From assembly GCA_011364925.1 (NCBI GenBank), contig RDOA01000004.1, positions 45,011 through 109,010 on the forward strand: 64,000 nucleotides of DNA. The letters are read 5' to 3'. Of the stretch, positions 60,583-64,000 are shown piece by piece (position 1 is the first letter of the stretch; the number at the start of each line of letters is the position of its first letter). A program made the translations under genes and the position numbers. The stretch is from Promethearchaeota archaeon (GTDB lineage: Archaea; Asgardarchaeota; Lokiarchaeia; Sigyniarchaeales; SOKP01). Below the pieces are notes generated by a model, which had not been told where the DNA came from, searched no databases, and saw only the letters and a list, made by a program, of their open reading frames with translations.

Positions 60583-61641
60583 ATGGAACAAGAGTTAATT
60601 AATAAACAAATCAAAAAAAAGAAAAAACAACAAATTGCGAACTTAGCGTTAGCAGCAAAAAGTGCTAAGGAAAATAACGGGAAACCATTTATATTTCACT
60701 TTCTAACCACTTTAAGGTGCAATTGCGATTGTGAAACCTGTCTTTGGAAAGATAATACAAAAAAGGACGAACTATCTTTTAAAGAAATTAAGCAGATTTA
60801 TTTAGAAGCTAAAAAAGCAGGATTTCTCGTTACTATTCTTTGGGGTGGAGAGCCTCTTATTAGAAAAGATGTGACAGATATTATTAAATTCGTTAAGAAG
60901 GAACTAAAATTTACAATTGTAGGGATTGTGACAAATGGGTGGTTCCTTCCTGAGAAAATCGAAGAATTTGGAGAAGATATTGACTTTATTTTAATTTCAT
61001 TAGATTCTCCTAAGGCTGAAGAACATGATCAAATTAGAAAGTTACCTGGACTGTATAATAGGATAATGAATTCTATTACTACAATTAAATCTAAATATCC
61101 ATTAATTTCTCTTCAATTTAGTTTTTCTATTAGTAAGTATAACATAGACCGCGTTGAAGAAATGATAATACTATCGGATAAACTAGGAGTTCCTGTAGCT
61201 TTTAATGTAATAAATACGGTTCGTCATTATTCATATGAAGAAATCGATGAGAAAGGTACTCTTTCAGCGAAGGATAGCGAGATTAGTAATGCTTTTGAGA
61301 GGATTCTAAGTGCTAAAAAGAAAGGTTCGAAAATTTTGAATTCAGAAATGTATCTGAACCATTTTATCGGTGGGAAAAAGCAATACAAATGCCATGCTAA
61401 AAAGGTCTTTATGTTTGTGAACTATAACGGAGATGTTGAAAATTGCCTTCAGCTTGATAAACCTATTGCCAATTTGAAACAAATTTCAGTCAGTGAAGTG
61501 CTACAACTCCCAGAATTCAAAAAGTTTATTGAAGAAAGCGAAAAGTGTTATAGTTGTAATTCTCCGACAATGATCGACACAAGTTTTCTATGGGAGGATA
61601 TAAGCTTATTAACACGATCAGGAGGGATTTCATTTGGTTAA
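60583..61641 (+). CDS. radical SAM protein with C-terminal twitch/SPASM-like domain
   Basis: CNCDCETC, GGEPL, TNG, ISLD, HD.IR, C.A....V...G.V..C, CYSC. Confidence 0.9.
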   Translation: MEQELINKQIKKKKKQQIANLALAAKSAKENNGKPFIFHFLTTLRCNCDCETCLWKDNTKKDELSFKEIKQIYLEAKKAGFLVTILWGGEPLIRKDVTDIIKFVKKELKFTIVGIVTNGWFLPEKIEEFGEDIDFILISLDSPKAEEHDQIRKLPGLYNRIMNSITTIKSKYPLISLQFSFSISKYNIDRVEEMIILSDKLGVPVAFNVINTVRHYSYEEIDEKGTLSAKDSEISNAFERILSAKKKGSKILNSEMYLNHFIGGKKQYKCHAKKVFMFVNYNGDVENCLQLDKPIANLKQISVSEVLQLPEFKKFIEESEKCYSCNSPTMIDTSFLWEDISLLTRSGGISFG

Positions 61642-61648
61642 AAAGTTA

Positions 61649-63538
61649 TTATCTCATCAGATAATATTTTTTAGCAAGATTATCTATTAATTTTTCATCT
61701 ACATCAAAAAGTTTAAGAAAACAGATATCAATTATCCTTTTCGGGTTACTTTCATTTTGTATTCTGGAATAAATATCAGGATTTAATTCTTTTAACTTAT
61801 TTAATTTGATTATGTTTACAGAAACTATATTTTGAGTCAAATTTAGAGTAATATCTCGTATTAAATTAATCAATTCTAACTCGTATGGAGATCGAAATAG
61901 CGATGTGTTAGGGATTGGTATTTCCTCCTCTAATTTAGTCTTACTCCTTTTTATTGTAATATTTTTTGCTTTAAATAAAAAATTCACAATTTTAGAATTT
62001 AGATAAGCGAGAAGAAATAAGTAGTCAAAATTGTTTTTCCCTTCGTTTAACCATAAAAAATATGTATCAGAAGTAGCATAATACGAATCGTTCGTATATC
62101 CAAACACATTTGAGTTGGAAATGTAACTAAAAAAAATTTTAGCTCCTCTCTCATAGTAAGGTTCGAGGTTAACTAATTTTCTTTTATGTTTAATGTTATA
62201 ATGAGTAATCAGGCTTCCTCTTCGTGGAAAATAAATGTCATTGATATTTTCTTTTGCATTTTTAAGTATCTTTACAAGCTCTTTTTTATATTGGTTTAAA
62301 TATGCTGTTAAATTAGGGTATTTCTGGTTTAAATATTTATTTCGTTCCATTGCCTTTTCAGTGCGTAACTCATTTTTACTTAAAAAGATTAGGTACCCTA
62401 TAAAGTCACTCTTGTCAAAAGAGAAAGGCTTTATCGCTCTACTCTTATATATCTTTTTTAACCTTTTCTTTTCCTCATTATTTAATTTTACGAAAGTATT
62501 ATTAATTTTGATATACATCTCTGTTTCGACAATTTTGATGTTCTCATTCTCCTTTAATATGAAAATTTCGTCCTTTATCAGAATTAATCCATTTCGAATG
62601 ATAAAAAAATCATTTAAATAGCTTACTTTCCCATTAAATCTACAATATTTTTCAATTGTATCAACATAATGTTTAACTTCTAAAGGATACAGTAAAATCC
62701 ATCCATCATTTTTAGGCAAATCTTTATTTGATATAGCAGAATTGTACTTCAATAAATGTGTTGACTTCTGGTTATTTAGAATATCCATAAAAGTTTGTTC
62801 TAAGAAATTTCCCTCGCAATGTTTATTACTAAGATTAAACTGAATTACTTCGATTTTTTTATCGAAATTTTTGTTCTTTTCATTTTCATATTTCTTTTGC
62901 AGGATAAAAATGCAGTTATGCTGACCTTTAGCATCTTGGAAAATAGTAATTTTTGATAGATCAATGTATTGTAACATAAAGCAATCGTTCACTATGTGAG
63001 GTTTTAGATATTTTATCCCTGTTTTTTTTGATTTAGTTAACCAATAGTTAGTTGTGATAAAAGATAATAATCCTCCTGGTCGTAATTTCTCTATTCCTAA
63101 ATGAATGAAAAAATAGAACAAGTCCATATTCCCAGCAAAATATTTTTTGCATATTGGATACATTGCTACCAACTCTTGAAAAATTGGCGCGTTATAATTT
63201 TGACCTAAGTAAGGTGGGTTTCCTATAACAATATCGAATTTTTCATTAGTGTTAGATCCTAAGAAGTTCCCAAATACTAACTTTACTTTCGGGTATTTCT
63301 CTAAAAGTGGAGTTTTCAGAGATTGATCTACTTCATATCCAGTTATATTTGTAAACCCTTCCCTTAATAAATACTTGAGAAAAATACCTTTTCCTACACA
63401 AGGTTCGAGAACCTTAATTTCTTCAATGTCTAATTCATTATGTATCGACAAATACCTATTCTTAATGTTTCTAACCATAAAATCTGCGACATAATGGGGA
63501 GTAAAAATTTGACTCAACTGATTTCTATTTAGATCCAT
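61649..63538 (-). CDS. N6-adenine DNA methyltransferase (gamma class, Eco57I-like)
   Basis: QIFTP, LEPCVGKG.F, GNPPY, DLF..F, TaqI-C-like LAYLNS. Confidence 0.87.
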   Translation of the reverse strand: MDLNRNQLSQIFTPHYVADFMVRNIKNRYLSIHNELDIEEIKVLEPCVGKGIFLKYLLREGFTNITGYEVDQSLKTPLLEKYPKVKLVFGNFLGSNTNEKFDIVIGNPPYLGQNYNAPIFQELVAMYPICKKYFAGNMDLFYFFIHLGIEKLRPGGLLSFITTNYWLTKSKKTGIKYLKPHIVNDCFMLQYIDLSKITIFQDAKGQHNCIFILQKKYENEKNKNFDKKIEVIQFNLSNKHCEGNFLEQTFMDILNNQKSTHLLKYNSAISNKDLPKNDGWILLYPLEVKHYVDTIEKYCRFNGKVSYLNDFFIIRNGLILIKDEIFILKENENIKIVETEMYIKINNTFVKLNNEEKKRLKKIYKSRAIKPFSFDKSDFIGYLIFLSKNELRTEKAMERNKYLNQKYPNLTAYLNQYKKELVKILKNAKENINDIYFPRRGSLITHYNIKHKRKLVNLEPYYERGAKIFFSYISNSNVFGYTNDSYYATSDTYFLWLNEGKNNFDYLFLLAYLNSKIVNFLFKAKNITIKRSKTKLEEEIPIPNTSLFRSPYELELINLIRDITLNLTQNIVSVNIIKLNKLKELNPDIYSRIQNESNPKRIIDICFLKLFDVDEKLIDNLAKKYYLMR

Positions 63539-63631
63539 TGTTTACTAGATTGTTGAAAGAAGCTAAATATTTGAAGTTTTTAGTTAGTACTTCTTTTAGG
63601 TAATAAAAAACGATAAACAAAAAATTCTTTT

Positions 63632-64000
63632 TTAATCCTCGTGATGATGATGGTGACTGTGAGACTTAATATTTACTGGTTGCATCTTACCAATTGCCCA
63701 ACCCGTAACTTCGTTAAGAGAAGGATGAATTACCATTGATTTATAAAGAGGCATGAAAGATCCAGCCTCAGGACAAGCCCTTCCTAATTTATTGGACCCT
63801 GTTCTTCCAGGAAATTCAGGAGAATCGCATGTATATCCAGCATTCATTAAATAAACAAAAGGCTGTACAAGCACCGCCGCATGAGGTCCGACAACATGTG
63901 CGCCTAATAATTTATAAGATTTATCGATTATTAATTTAACGAAACCATTATCATCATCATCATTATTGTAACCCATTGCAAATCCTTTTGCTACATTAGA
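63632..64000 (-). CDS. C-terminal part of a pyridine nucleotide-disulfide oxidoreductase (dihydrolipoamide dehydrogenase/mycothione reductase-like); 5' part outside the window
   Basis: Frame open to window edge (SNVAKGFAMG), FVKLI, LGAHVVGP.A, IHPSLNE. Confidence 0.85.
   Translation of the reverse strand, partial: SNVAKGFAMGYNNDDDDNGFVKLIIDKSYKLLGAHVVGPHAAVLVQPFVYLMNAGYTCDSPEFPGRTGSNKLGRACPEAGSFMPLYKSMVIHPSLNEVTGWAIGKMQPVNIKSHSHHHHHED

Noticed and set aside
2089-62621. Many short ORF-track entries antisense to or nested in long genes (e.g. 2089-2439, 12953-13330, 33418-33786, 48473-48841, 62235-62621)
   Set aside because: Shadow ORFs of well-supported genes, with no motifs and typical antisense composition
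1-64000. CRISPR arrays, IS elements, proviral genes, rRNA/tRNA
   Set aside because: No regularly spaced repeats, transposase/integrase/capsid motifs or GC-rich structured RNA segments seen by eye; a covariance-model scan would be needed to exclude small RNAs

Overview
Low-GC, gene-dense archaeal chromosomal DNA. It most likely comes from an Asgard archaeon (Lokiarchaeia-like); this is an inference from archaeal information-processing genes (Rpo3/RpoD, eL18-uL13-uS9, aEF-1beta, thermosome, RIO2, LSm, TrmI, Clp1) occurring with eukaryotic-signature proteins (Rab-like, Rag-like and MglA-like GTPases, a gelsolin-like domain). About 60 CDSs cover mismatch repair (mutS/mutL), a 2-oxoacid:ferredoxin oxidoreductase cluster, aroA/aroC, glyA, PEPCK, two orphan N6-adenine methyltransferases and a Hsp20-Cdc48-ArsR/Phr-HExxH heat-shock operon. 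I saw no rRNA, tRNA, CRISPR array or transposase. Best leads: (1) a gelsolin-like domain fused to four transmembrane helices, a candidate membrane anchor for the Asgard actin cytoskeleton; (2) a HbYX-tailed Cdc48 co-transcribed with a small HExxH zincin under a palindromic operator; (3) a circularly permuted TTL/YheCD-like ATP-grasp ligase; (4) two genes that appear to need ATT/ATA start codons, plus small Cys-rich genes missing from the ORF track. All assignments come from reading motifs by eye; no searches were run.
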